A DNA stretch of 64,000 bases, taken from positions 557,908 to 621,907 of the forward strand of contig CAVRCS010000004.1 of the NCBI GenBank assembly GCA_963719635.1, read 5' to 3'. Source of the DNA: an uncultured Thermoplasmata archaeon (GTDB lineage Archaea; Thermoplasmatota; Thermoplasmata; Lutacidiplasmatales; UBA184). Both the position numbers and the translations under genes were made by a program. Positions 36,915 to 45,700 of this stretch are shown here, piece by piece. Position 1 is the first letter of the stretch; each line of letters starts with the position of its first letter. Below the pieces are notes generated by a model. It saw nothing but the letters and a program-made list of their open reading frames with translations. It was not told the DNA's origin and ran no database searches.

Positions 36915-37487
36915 TCACCCCGTGAAAGCGGCGGCGTACACGCGGGCTCCGGGCGGAAACCGGAGCCTGCCGCTGCCCTCCACCGTCTTGCCGGAGACGG
37001 CGAGCCCGGCCGCGCGCGCCGCGGCCAGCGCCCCGTCGAACGCCTCCCGGGTCAGCGGGACGTCCTGGACGACCGGCTCGGTCAGTCGGAGCATCCACAC
37101 CGACGGCGCGGTCCGGACGTCGAGCGTCGGCGGGCACTCCGACAGGTCGACGAGCCGGAACCACGCCGGCGCGCGAGACCAGGCGAGCACCGTCCGTCGT
37201 CCGTCGGAGGAGGAGACCTGCACCCCGTCGCCGTCGACGGAGAACGACACCGGGACACCCCGCCGCGCGGTCCACGCCGCGCTCCCAAAGCCCACGGCGG
37301 CGAACCCGAGGAGCAGAGCCCCGACAACGACGTCGACCGTCCGTCCGGCGGACGGTCCCGCGTGGGTCTCCAAGGAGAGGGAGACGAGCCCTCCGAGGAG
37401 CAGCACCGCGCTGAGGCCACAGAGCACCCCGAGGGAGCGGCGGCGCGCGCGACGCGCGGCGGGGACGAAGGAGGATAGGTCGAACAA
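36915..37487 (-). CDS. Membrane protein (two N-terminal TM helices plus a small beta-rich cytoplasmic domain)
   Basis: TTG start. Hydrophobic segments LGVLCGLSAVLLLGGLVSLSL and VVVGALLLGFAAVGFGSAAW. Co-directional with the vWA gene, ~90-120 nt upstream of it. Confidence 0.5.
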   Translation of the reverse strand: MFDLSSFVPAARRARRRSLGVLCGLSAVLLLGGLVSLSLETHAGPSAGRTVDVVVGALLLGFAAVGFGSAAWTARRGVPVSFSVDGDGVQVSSSDGRRTVLAWSRAPAWFRLVDLSECPPTLDVRTAPSVWMLRLTEPVVQDVPLTREAFDGALAAARAAGLAVSGKTVEGSGRLRFPPGARVYAAAFTG

Positions 37488-37563
37488 GCGGTGCTCCCAG
37501 CCTAGGGCAGGCCGGCGTCCGCCAGCGCCACCGGCGGCCGCTCCCCGAAGGAGACAACAACGG

Positions 37564-37570
37564 TTATGAA
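37564..37570 (+). promoter_or_regulatory. TATA-like element (TTATGAA) 24 nt upstream of the rps17e ATG
   Basis: The only AT patch in the 37488..37594 intergenic region. Confidence 0.35.
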
Positions 37571-37594
37571 CGGTCGGCCGTCCCCCGCGCGCAC

Positions 37595-37819
37595 ATGGGC
37601 AACATCCGCCAGACGTACATCAAGCGGGTCGCCATCGAGCTGATCCGCAACCACCCCGAGTCGTTCGGCGGCGACTACGCTCTCAACAAGCAGAAGGTGC
37701 TCGAGCTGACGGACCTGGGCGTGGCGGTCGACGGCAAGTACACCGTCGTCCACAAGAAGCTCGCCAACCGCATCGCCGGCTACGCGACGCGCTACGTGAA
37801 GCGCAAGCGCGGCACCTGA
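37595..37819 (+). CDS. rps17e: 30S ribosomal protein eS17 (S17e)
   Basis: MGNIRQTYIKRVAIELI... is a typical S17e N-terminus. 74 aa. Confidence 0.9.
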   Translation: MGNIRQTYIKRVAIELIRNHPESFGGDYALNKQKVLELTDLGVAVDGKYTVVHKKLANRIAGYATRYVKRKRGT

Positions 37820-37831
37820 GCGGCTGCCGTC

Positions 37832-38497
37832 TCAGTCCAGGACGCCGAGACCGTCCTGCAGGTGCACGATCTCCACCGGGGTCGTCGGCAGTCCGACGAA
37901 GAACCCCCTCGAGTTGGCGACCACGCAGGCGCCGACGACCGGGATTCCGAAGTTCGCGGTGGAGCGGGAGACCGGAACGCCCAGGACCGCTTCGGCGAGG
38001 GCGAGCTCCCGGTCGGTCGCCTTCGGGTGGACCACCGCTCCGCGGTTGGTGGCGACGCCGGCCATCCCCACGGTGGCGAGCCCGGCGAGCGTGCCGCGTT
38101 CTGCCCGGACCCCCAGCGCCGCGGCGATCGCCTCGACCGCCTCCGCGGAGTACTCCGGATGGACGAGCGCGCCTTGGTCGTTCGTGAGCACGTTGTTGCC
38201 GAGCGCGTTCAGCCGGTGCCGGAGGACGGTGAGGGGACCGACGCGCTCGAGCGCCCGCCGCTCCGCGGTGCCGACCCCTTCGCCGACGATGACCCCGCGC
38301 GAGTTGCAGGCGACGAGCGCGCCGACGACCTCGCTGTCGGTGACGGTCGTCCGCACGACCGTCACGCCGAGGATCCGGGTCAGGTCCCGCTCAACGGCGG
38401 CGGGAAGGGACGGCGGAACGATCGCCCACCGCTCATCGGGTCGGACGAAGACCCCCAGGTAGGGGCTTCCTGCGACCAGCGTGCGCCCGACCGGCAC
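37832..38497 (-). CDS. eif6: Translation initiation factor 6 (aIF6)
   Basis: 221 aa with pentein repeats (GSPYLGVF, ACNSRGVIV, LGNNVLTNDQGALVHP, GVATNRGAVVHP, VANSRGFFVG). Confidence 0.9.
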   Translation of the reverse strand: MPVGRTLVAGSPYLGVFVRPDERWAIVPPSLPAAVERDLTRILGVTVVRTTVTDSEVVGALVACNSRGVIVGEGVGTAERRALERVGPLTVLRHRLNALGNNVLTNDQGALVHPEYSAEAVEAIAAALGVRAERGTLAGLATVGMAGVATNRGAVVHPKATDRELALAEAVLGVPVSRSTANFGIPVVGACVVANSRGFFVGLPTTPVEIVHLQDGLGVLD

Positions 38498-38519
38498 GCT
38501 CCGCGCCCTCCGCGAAGGC

Positions 38520-38816
38520 TCATTCGGTGTCGAGGAGGTCGACCTCGATCAGGCCGTCCTCGAAACGGATCGCCTTCACCCGCACGTGCGACGGGATATG
38601 CTGGATCCCGCGTTCCCACACGTGCTCGTTGAGCCGGGGGTCGATCCACACGTCCTTCGCCTCCCCCTTCATGTGGCGCACGACGAACCGCCGGATCGTC
38701 TCGAGGGCGTGGCCGGCGCGCCGGCGGCGCGACGGCTGGTGGCGGCTCGCCCGCAGCGGGATGACGTACTCGCGCTCGAGCTCCTCGCGCTTCCGGGCCG
38801 GGGGTTTCGTCGGCAT
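38520..38816 (-). CDS. rpl31e: 50S ribosomal protein eL31 (L31e)
   Basis: REYVIPLR...VWIDPRLNEHVWERGIQ is an L31e signature. Confidence 0.9.
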   Translation of the reverse strand: MPTKPPARKREELEREYVIPLRASRHQPSRRRRAGHALETIRRFVVRHMKGEAKDVWIDPRLNEHVWERGIQHIPSHVRVKAIRFEDGLIEVDLLDTE

Positions 38817-38829
38817 CTCTGTTCGCCTC

Positions 38830-38988
38830 CTACTTGTGCAGGTGCCCGCGCTTCCAGCTGTGCCGCTTCGGGTGGCGGGTCACCGCCCGGTTCGTCCGCT
38901 GGATCACCCAGGCCGGGACGCGGCGGTTCCCCTTGACGACGCGGAACAGTCGGACCTTGCGCGCGTGACTCTTGCGTCGATTCGCCAT
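38830..38988 (-). CDS. rpl39e: 50S ribosomal protein eL39 (L39e)
   Basis: Not in the ORF track because it is 52 aa. Hand translation gives MANRRKSHARKVRLFRVVKGNRRVPAWVIQRTNRAVTRHPKRHSWKRGHLHK*. GGAGG lies ~9 nt upstream of the ATG. Confidence 0.85.
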   Translation of the reverse strand: MANRRKSHARKVRLFRVVKGNRRVPAWVIQRTNRAVTRHPKRHSWKRGHLHK

Positions 38989-39001
38989 CGTCAGTTCCTC
39001 C

Positions 39002-39358
39002 CTAACGTCGGGTGATCTTGATCTCGCGGCGCTCGGGCGCGATCCGCTCGAGGAGCGAGCGGAGCGTGACGTCGTCCACCGCGCGGGGCAGTCGCCCGCT
39101 CGCCGCCAGGGCGATGAGCTGTTGCTCGACGCCGGCCGCCACGTCCGGCTTGGCGAGGCGGATGCGCGCCAGCCGCTCCCGGGCTTCGGGGGTGAGGATG
39201 CGGCGCAGCACCTCGCTCCGCTCGGAGTCCCGTCGGCGCATCTCGGCCTCCTGCGCGGCGAACTCCTGGGCGTTCACCGCCTCGGACGCCTGCATCTCCT
39301 GCAGCTGCTGGATCTTGCGGCGTCGCAGCTCGCTTAGCTCGTCGTCGTCGGATTGCAT
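39002..39358 (-). CDS. PDCD5/TFAR19-like DNA-binding protein
   Basis: RRILTPEARERLARIRLAKPD...IALAASGRL is typical of the family. Start set to the internal ATG (MQSDDDEL). Confidence 0.8.
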   Translation of the reverse strand: MQSDDDELSELRRRKIQQLQEMQASEAVNAQEFAAQEAEMRRRDSERSEVLRRILTPEARERLARIRLAKPDVAAGVEQQLIALAASGRLPRAVDDVTLRSLLERIAPERREIKITRR

Positions 39359-39387
39359 CGGCGCGGCGCTCCTGCCCCGTACGTTCC

Positions 39388-39843
39388 TCAAAGGTACTTG
39401 GCGAGTTCGGGGCGGGAGGCGGCGAGGCTCTGGAGGAGTTCGCGGCTGACCGCATCGAGCAGCTTCTGGCCGCTCGCCGTGACACGGCGTCCGCGGGTCT
39501 TGTACGGCTGCAGGAGGCCGGCCTTCTCGAGCTGCTGAACGATCTCGCGCGCCACCGCGCGCGAGCCGCTCCGGGCGTGGTACGGCGCGCTGCCGCGGTC
39601 ACGCTTGCCGCCGTACTCCGCGCTCAGGCGCGTGACGCCGATAACGCCCTTCAGGTACACCTTGCGGAGGACGGAGGCGCTGCGCAGGTACCACCACTCC
39701 GGGTCGACCGGCGCCCGCTCCTTGTGGACCCCCGTCTTCACGAACGCCGCCCACGTCGGCGGAGCGACCGCCGACCGGCTCTTCAATTCCGCCGCCAAGC
39801 GCGGGAGCAACGCGGACGCCGGGACGTCGTTCGGATGGGGCAT
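39388..39843 (-). CDS. rps19e: 30S ribosomal protein eS19 (S19e)
   Basis: PTWAAFVKTGVHKERAP...WWYLRSASVLRKVY...GGKRDRG is an S19e signature. Confidence 0.9.
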   Translation of the reverse strand: MPHPNDVPASALLPRLAAELKSRSAVAPPTWAAFVKTGVHKERAPVDPEWWYLRSASVLRKVYLKGVIGVTRLSAEYGGKRDRGSAPYHARSGSRAVAREIVQQLEKAGLLQPYKTRGRRVTASGQKLLDAVSRELLQSLAASRPELAKYL

Positions 39844-39869
39844 GGAGCGGCGCGGCCACTCGGCCTCTG

Positions 39870-39877
39870 TATTTAAA
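39870..39877 (-). promoter_or_regulatory. TATA box (TTTAAATA on the minus strand), 26 nt upstream of the rps19e ATG
   Basis: Strong AT octamer in a GC-rich intergenic region. The spacing implies a leaderless transcript for the rps19e-eif6 operon. Confidence 0.5.
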
Positions 39878-40002
39878 CGCGGCGCGAGGCGCGGACCGCG
39901 CTCCTCGGGAACCGCCGCCGCCGTTCGCCGCCGGAGCCGGCCCGGGTCGAGGGCTTAACAAGCCTTACAGACGTGTCCGGGTGACGGAGGTCGGAGGAAC
40001 CG

Positions 40003-40617
40003 ATGGGCAGCGAAACGTCCGCCCTGATCCTCAGCGCCGGCGCGTCGAGCCGGTTCGGCGGAGAGCCGAAGGCCCTCCTTCCCGTCGACGGCCGCACCGG
40101 CGTGCGCCGGATCGCGGAGGTCTGCCTCGCCGACGGGTTCTCGCCGGTCGTCGTGGTCGTCGGCCTCCACCGCAGCGCGGTCGCCCACGAGCTGCGCGGC
40201 CTCGACGTCCAGCTCGTCGACTCGGAGCACTGGGAGGAGGGCCGGACGGCTTCGGTCCAGACGGGGCTCGCCTCTCTTCCCGAGGAGCAGGATGTGCTGC
40301 TGTGGCCGGTCGACCATCCGTTCGTCGCCCCGCGCACGGTCGACGCGTTGCTGTCGGCCCGGGAGACCGACCTGATCGGCGTATGGTTCATCCCGACGTA
40401 CGAGGGCCGGGGAGGCCACCCGGTGCTTTGGCGTCCGATTGTCGGCCGCGACATCTTTGACCTCCGGCCGGACGCCCCGATCCGCTCGCTGCTGCCGGAG
40501 TTCGGCCCGCAGGTCCGTCGCGTCGCGGTGGACGATCCGGGCGTGGTGGCGAACGTTGACACCCCGGAGGATTACTACGCCGCCGTCCGCCGCTGGGAGT
40601 CGCGCGGGGTCGTCTGA
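40003..40617 (+). CDS. MobA/MocA-like molybdenum cofactor nucleotidyltransferase
   Basis: LILSAGASSRFGGEPKALLP nucleotide-binding loop and WPVDHPFV. Upstream of a Mo-hydroxylase cluster. Confidence 0.75.
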   Translation: MGSETSALILSAGASSRFGGEPKALLPVDGRTGVRRIAEVCLADGFSPVVVVVGLHRSAVAHELRGLDVQLVDSEHWEEGRTASVQTGLASLPEEQDVLLWPVDHPFVAPRTVDALLSARETDLIGVWFIPTYEGRGGHPVLWRPIVGRDIFDLRPDAPIRSLLPEFGPQVRRVAVDDPGVVANVDTPEDYYAAVRRWESRGVV

Positions 40618-41462
40618 TGGATCGGAAGACCGAGGCCGAGGTCGTTCGCCTGCTCGCCGAGCACCGGCCGTTCGTCCGCGCGAGCGTCGTCCGCGCCGTC
40701 GGTTCGGTCCCGGGCAAGCTCGGCGCCACGATGGTCGTCCGCGAGGACGGGACCGCGGTCGGCACCGTGGGCGGCGCCGCGCTCGAGGAGGAGGTGAAGC
40801 GGCTGGCCGGGGTCGCGCTCGAGCGCCACCAAGGCGACCTGGTCCACTTCGACCTCGCGGCGTGGAAGCGCGGAGGGCTCCCGAGCCTCTGCGGCGGGTC
40901 GGTGGACATCGCGCTCGAGTACGTTGCCCCGCGGCCGAACGTGCTCCTCTGGGGCGGCGGCCACGTCAGCGAAGCGGTCGCGCGCCTGCTTCCGGGCCTC
41001 GATTTCGACCACTCGGTCGCCGACGACCGGCCGGATTACGTCGGCGCGGAACGGTTCCCTGCCGCCGACCGACGCGAGGTCGTCGCGGCGGCGGAGCTGT
41101 TCGAGCGGTTCCGTCCGGCGGAGTTCACGCACCTGCTCGTCCTCGGCTACAGCGCCGAAAAGGACCTCGAGGTGCTCTTCGCGGCGACGCGCCAGTTCCC
41201 GAACACGATCGGCCTGATCGCCAGTACGCCGAAGCGCGAGCACCTGTACGCGGGGCTGCGCTCCCGCGGCGTCTCGCGCGCGGCGGTCGCACGGATCCGC
41301 TCCCCGGTCGGGGTGCCGATCGGCGCCCAGACCCCGGCGGAGATCGCCGTCAGCATCGTCGCCGAGATCGTCCAAGACCTGCACCCGTCGCCGTTACGTG
41401 CTCCGGGCGGTCGGGCGCGCGAGGTCCGAGCGGAGAGCGATGGCCACGAGCGAGCGCGTTAG
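40617..41462 (+). CDS. XdhC/CoxI-family molybdoenzyme maturation factor
   Basis: N-terminal XdhC_CoxI-like segment (RASVVRAVGSVPGKLGATMVV) and a Rossmann-like second half (LLWGGGHVSEAVARL). TGATG junction with the upstream gene. Confidence 0.75.
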   Translation: MDRKTEAEVVRLLAEHRPFVRASVVRAVGSVPGKLGATMVVREDGTAVGTVGGAALEEEVKRLAGVALERHQGDLVHFDLAAWKRGGLPSLCGGSVDIALEYVAPRPNVLLWGGGHVSEAVARLLPGLDFDHSVADDRPDYVGAERFPAADRREVVAAAELFERFRPAEFTHLLVLGYSAEKDLEVLFAATRQFPNTIGLIASTPKREHLYAGLRSRGVSRAAVARIRSPVGVPIGAQTPAEIAVSIVAEIVQDLHPSPLRAPGGRAREVRAESDGHERAR

Positions 41463-41913
41463 CTTCACGCTGAACGACCGCCCGGTCGTCGCGCACTGCC
41501 CGTCCGAGCGGATCCTGCTCGACCTGCTGCGGGAGGAGCTGCGGCTCACCGGTACCAAGCGCGGCTGCGACCTCGGCACGTGCGGCTGCTGCACCGTCCT
41601 GATCGACGGCCGTCCGACGCTCAGTTGCCTCACGCTCGCCCACCTCGTGCAGGGCCGGTCGGTCACGACGATCGAAGGGGTGAGCCCGGCGCACGGCCTC
41701 TCCGCCGTGCAGCGGGCGTTCGTCGAGGAAGGGGCGACGCAGTGCGGCTTCTGCACGCCCGGATTCGTGATGACGGCGACCGCGTTGCTGAAGGAGCGGC
41801 CGCACCCCAGCCGCGAGGAGGTCGAACGCGCGATCTCCGGCAACCTCTGCCGCTGCACCGGTTACCTCTCCATCGTGCGCGCCGTCGAACGGGCCGCGCA
41901 GGAGCAGCCCTGA
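41440..41913 (+). CDS. Molybdenum hydroxylase small subunit, [2Fe-2S] (CoxS/XdhC-iron-sulfur type)
   Basis: GCDLGTCGCCTV and CGFCTPGF...CRCTGY cluster motifs. Start at the internal ATG (MATSERV). Confidence 0.9.
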   Translation: MATSERVSFTLNDRPVVAHCPSERILLDLLREELRLTGTKRGCDLGTCGCCTVLIDGRPTLSCLTLAHLVQGRSVTTIEGVSPAHGLSAVQRAFVEEGATQCGFCTPGFVMTATALLKERPHPSREEVERAISGNLCRCTGYLSIVRAVERAAQEQP

Positions 41914-44253
41914 TGCCCGCGGGTCCTTCGGCCGCAACCCCCGCCGAGCCGCTCCACCTTCTCGGGAAACGCATCCCGTACATCGAGGGCCCGCTCAAGG
42001 TGACGGGCCGGGCCGAGTACACGGACGACATCCGTCGCCCGGGCCAGTTGGTCGGGCGGCTGCTCCGCAGCCCGTGGCCGCACGCCCGGATCGTCTCCGT
42101 CGATCTCCGCGAAGCCCGCGCGATGCCGGGGGTCGCGGCGGTCCTGACCGGCGAAAAGTACCCGACCCCGTTCGGCGTCCTGCCGATCACCCACGACGAG
42201 ACCGCGATCGCGGTCGGCAAGACCCGCTACATCGGCGACATCGTCGCGGCCGTGGCGGCGTCGGACGAGCGGACGGCCGAGCTCGCGCTCGAGAAGGTCC
42301 GCTTCGAGGTCGAGCCACTCCCCGAGTACCCGGACCCGGAGGGCGGGATCCGACCGGTCCCCGAGCCGATCCACGCCCGCGGCCTCGCGGGCTCGAACAT
42401 CCAGAAGGAGGTCGTCCAGCATTTCGGCGACGTCGACGCCGCGTTCGCCGCGGCGGCCCACAAGGTCCGCGTGCGCGGGACGTTCGCCGGCGTCACCCAT
42501 GCGTTCACCGAGCCGCTCGTCACGCTCGCGGAAGCGACCCCGGACGGCCGCCTCACCGTCTGGAGCGCGACCCAGGTCCCCCATTACCTCCACCGGGCGC
42601 TCTCCGAGGTCCTCGGCCTGCCGATGCACCGGATCCGGGTCATCAAGCCAGAGGTCGGCGGGGGGTTCGGCGGGAAGTCGGACCCGCTGCCGCACGAGAT
42701 CGCCTGCGCCGCGCTGGCGCTCGAGACCGGCCGTCCGGTGAAGATGCTCCTCGACCGGGAGGACGTCTTCTACACGAACCACGGCCGCCACCCGACGCGC
42801 AACGACGTGCGCATCGCGGCGGACGCCGAGGGGCGTCTCCTCGCCTACGACATCGAAGCGCTCATCGACGGCGGCGCGTGGAGCTCGTTCGGCACCGTCA
42901 CGACGTACTACAACGGCGTGCTGGCGATGGGGCCGTACCGGGTCCCGAACTTCCGCTACAAGGGACGCCGGGTGTACACGACCAAGCCGCCGAGCGGTGC
43001 GATGCGCGCGCACGGCGGCACGAACATCCGCTACTCGGTGGAGGTCGCCCTCGACCAGCTCGCCGAGGAGCTGCGCATCGACCCGTTCGACCTGAGGCGC
43101 CGCAACGCCCTGCCGCCGAACTCGACGACCGTCAACGAGTTCCGCATCACGTCGACGTCGTTCCTGAAGTGCCTGGACACTGCGCAGCGCTCGAGCGGTT
43201 GGGAGCAGAAGTTCCGCCAGCTCCCGTACGGCCGCGGCGTCGGGCTCGGCTGCGGGTTCTACATCTCCGGCTCGAACAGCCCGATCCACTTCACCCCCAA
43301 GATGCCGCAGTCGACGGTCCACCTGAAAGCGGACATGGACGGCGGCATCGCCGTGCACTCGATGCAGGCCGACATCGGCCAGGGGTCGAACACGCTCCTC
43401 GCCGCGATCGTCGCCGAGGTGCTCGACATCGAACTGGCGCGCGTGCACGTCCAGCGCGTCGACTCGGATGTGAGCCCGGTCGACCTCGGCTCGTACTCCA
43501 GCCGCGTGACGTTCATGATGGGGAACGCGGCGCGCTCCGCCGCCCTCCAGCTGCGCGCGAAGATCGTCGACGCCGCTGCCACGCTCCTCCATGTCGCCCC
43601 GGTGGAGGTGGAGCTCGCGCACGAGCGGCTGAACGTCCGCGGCCGAGCCGGAGACGGCGGTGACGTTCGACGCCGCCCTCCACGAGGCGATCGCCGTCCC
43701 CGGAGCCCTCGCGGTCAGCGGCTCGTACCAGACGTCGCCGCGCGGCGGGACGTTCAAAGGGGCCCGCGCGGGGACGGCGCCGGCGTACACTTTCGGCGCG
43801 TACGTCGCCGAGGTCGACGTCGACGTCGAGACCGGCGTGTACTCGGTCGAGAAGGTCTGGGCGGCGTTCGACTGCGGCCGCGCGCTGAACCGGCTCGCGG
43901 TCGAGGGCCAGATCGAAGGGTCGATCCACATGGGGCTCGGCCAGGTGATGGGCGAGTCGATGAACTACCGCGGTTCCCGGTTGCTCAACCCGTCGCTGCT
44001 CGAGTACAAGATCCCGGCCCCGCAGCAGATGCCGGACGTCGAGGTGCTGCTCGTCGGCGACGACGACCCGGACGGCCCGTTCGGGGCGAAGGAGGCCGGC
44101 GAGGGGCCGCTGATCGCGACGCTGCCGGCCGTCGCGAACGCGCTCTACGACGCGATCGGCTGCCGGTTCACGGAGCTGCCTATCACCCCGGACCGCGTCG
44201 TCCGCGCGCTCGAGGAACGCCAGAAGGAGGGCCGCCCCTGGAAGGGGGCGTAG
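41913..44253 (+). CDS. Molybdenum hydroxylase large (molybdopterin-binding) subunit, xanthine dehydrogenase/CoxL family; frame-disrupted near 43645
   Basis: The N-terminal 575 aa lie in the frame of ORF 41580..44471 (EVGGGFGGKSD, ADIGQGSNT). The C-terminal part is ORF 43660..44253 (GAKEAGEGPL). The 2341-nt span is not a multiple of 3. No AYxCSFR CODH signature was seen. Confidence 0.85.
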
Positions 44254-44257
44254 GCGC

Positions 44258-45244
44258 ATGCACCTCGACCCGTTCGAACTGCACCGCCCGACGACCGTCG
44301 ACGAGACGGTCCGGCTCGCCGGCGAGCTCGCCGGCCGGTTCGACTACCTCGCGGGCGGCACCGACCTGCTGCCGAACTACAAGATGCACCTCAACCTGCG
44401 GCCGCACCTCGTCGCCCTTGAGGACGTCGTCGAGCTGGGGTCGCACTCGGTCGGCCGCCTGGGGGCGATGAGCCGCCTCGCCGACCTCGAGCGCGACCCC
44501 GAGCTCGCCCGGGCGTGGCCCGCGCTCGCGGACGCCCTCGGCGAGGTCGCGACGCCGCTCGTCCGTGCGACCGGGACGGTCGGGGGGAACCTGCTCGTCG
44601 AGACCCGGTGCTTCTTCTTCAACCAGAGCTACTTCTGGCGCGCCAGCCTCGGATTCTGCCTGAAGGCGGACGGCGACAACTGCCACGTCGTCCCCCAGAA
44701 GACGACCTGCTACGCCACGTTCAGCGGCGACCTCGCCCCGGCGCTCCTGGTCGCCGACGCCGAGGTGGAGGTCGCCGGGCCGGACGGGCGCCGGCGCGTG
44801 CCGCTCTCCGGCCTGTACAACCTCGCCGGCGACGGGATCCGCCGGCTCACGCTCGCCGCCGGCGAGCTCGTCGTCGCCGTCCACCTGCCGGACGCCGCCC
44901 GCGGCCGCAGGGGCCGCTACCTCAAACTCCGCGTCCGCCCCGCCTTCGATTTTCCGGAGCTGGGCGTCGCGGTCGCGGGCCGGTGGGACGCCGACGGCCG
45001 GGCCACCGAACTCCGGGTGGCGGTCGGCGGGGCCGACCCGCATCCGCGGCGGTTCGACGAGCTCACCGGCCCGCTCGAGGGCCAGCGGTTGGACGATGCG
45101 CGGCGCCGCGCCCTCGGCGCGGATGTCGCCCGGAAGGTCCGGCCGGTCCACAACACGTTCCTGCTGCCGGAGTACCGCAAGAAGATGGTCGCGGTCTACG
45201 TTCGTCGGGCGCTCGAGGAGGCCGAGCGGCGGCGGGACCTGTGA
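44258..45244 (+). CDS. Molybdenum hydroxylase medium subunit, FAD-binding (CoxM-like)
   Basis: FDYLAGGTDLLPNYK FAD-binding signature. 328 aa. Confidence 0.85.
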   Translation: MHLDPFELHRPTTVDETVRLAGELAGRFDYLAGGTDLLPNYKMHLNLRPHLVALEDVVELGSHSVGRLGAMSRLADLERDPELARAWPALADALGEVATPLVRATGTVGGNLLVETRCFFFNQSYFWRASLGFCLKADGDNCHVVPQKTTCYATFSGDLAPALLVADAEVEVAGPDGRRRVPLSGLYNLAGDGIRRLTLAAGELVVAVHLPDAARGRRGRYLKLRVRPAFDFPELGVAVAGRWDADGRATELRVAVGGADPHPRRFDELTGPLEGQRLDDARRRALGADVARKVRPVHNTFLLPEYRKKMVAVYVRRALEEAERRRDL

Positions 45245-45642
45245 GCAGCGCGCCGGTCTTCGAGCTCGTCCCGCTCTCCCGCCTCAAGGTCCACGAGGAG
45301 CACGACCCGACGAAGGTCGACGAGCTCGTCGCGGAGCTGCTGCGGACCGGAGAGTTCTCCGACCCGATCTGGGTCGCGCGCGGCTCGTGGGTGATCCTGA
45401 ACGGCCACCACCGCGTCGAGGCGCTGCGCCGGCTCGGGATGCGCCGCATCCCGGCGTGGGTCTTCGACTACGACGACGAACGGGTCGCGCTCGAGCGCTG
45501 GGGGCCGGGTCCCCCGATCGACAAGGCGGAGGTGGTGCGCCGAGCCGAGGGCGGCCGCCCGTTCCCCGCCAAGACGACCCGCCACCGTCTCCACGTCGAG
45601 CTTCCGGCGCGGTCGGTGCCGCTCGCCGACCTCGGCGCCTAG
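45241..45642 (+). CDS. ParB/sulfiredoxin-fold (ParB-like nuclease domain) protein
   Basis: GTG in a GTGA overlap with the coxM-like stop. LKVHEEHDP...ILNGHHRVEALRRLG is the ParB/Srx core motif. Confidence 0.6.
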   Translation: MSSAPVFELVPLSRLKVHEEHDPTKVDELVAELLRTGEFSDPIWVARGSWVILNGHHRVEALRRLGMRRIPAWVFDYDDERVALERWGPGPPIDKAEVVRRAEGGRPFPAKTTRHRLHVELPARSVPLADLGA

Positions 45643-45700
45643 GTCCGCGCCGGGGCGGTAGCTCCGGCACGCTTACGGCGGGCGGGCGCTCGCGCGGGCG

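Noticed and set aside
41913-44253. Annotating the large subunit as carbon monoxide dehydrogenase CoxL
   Set aside because: The form-I active-site signature AYxCSFR is absent, so only the family-level call is justified.
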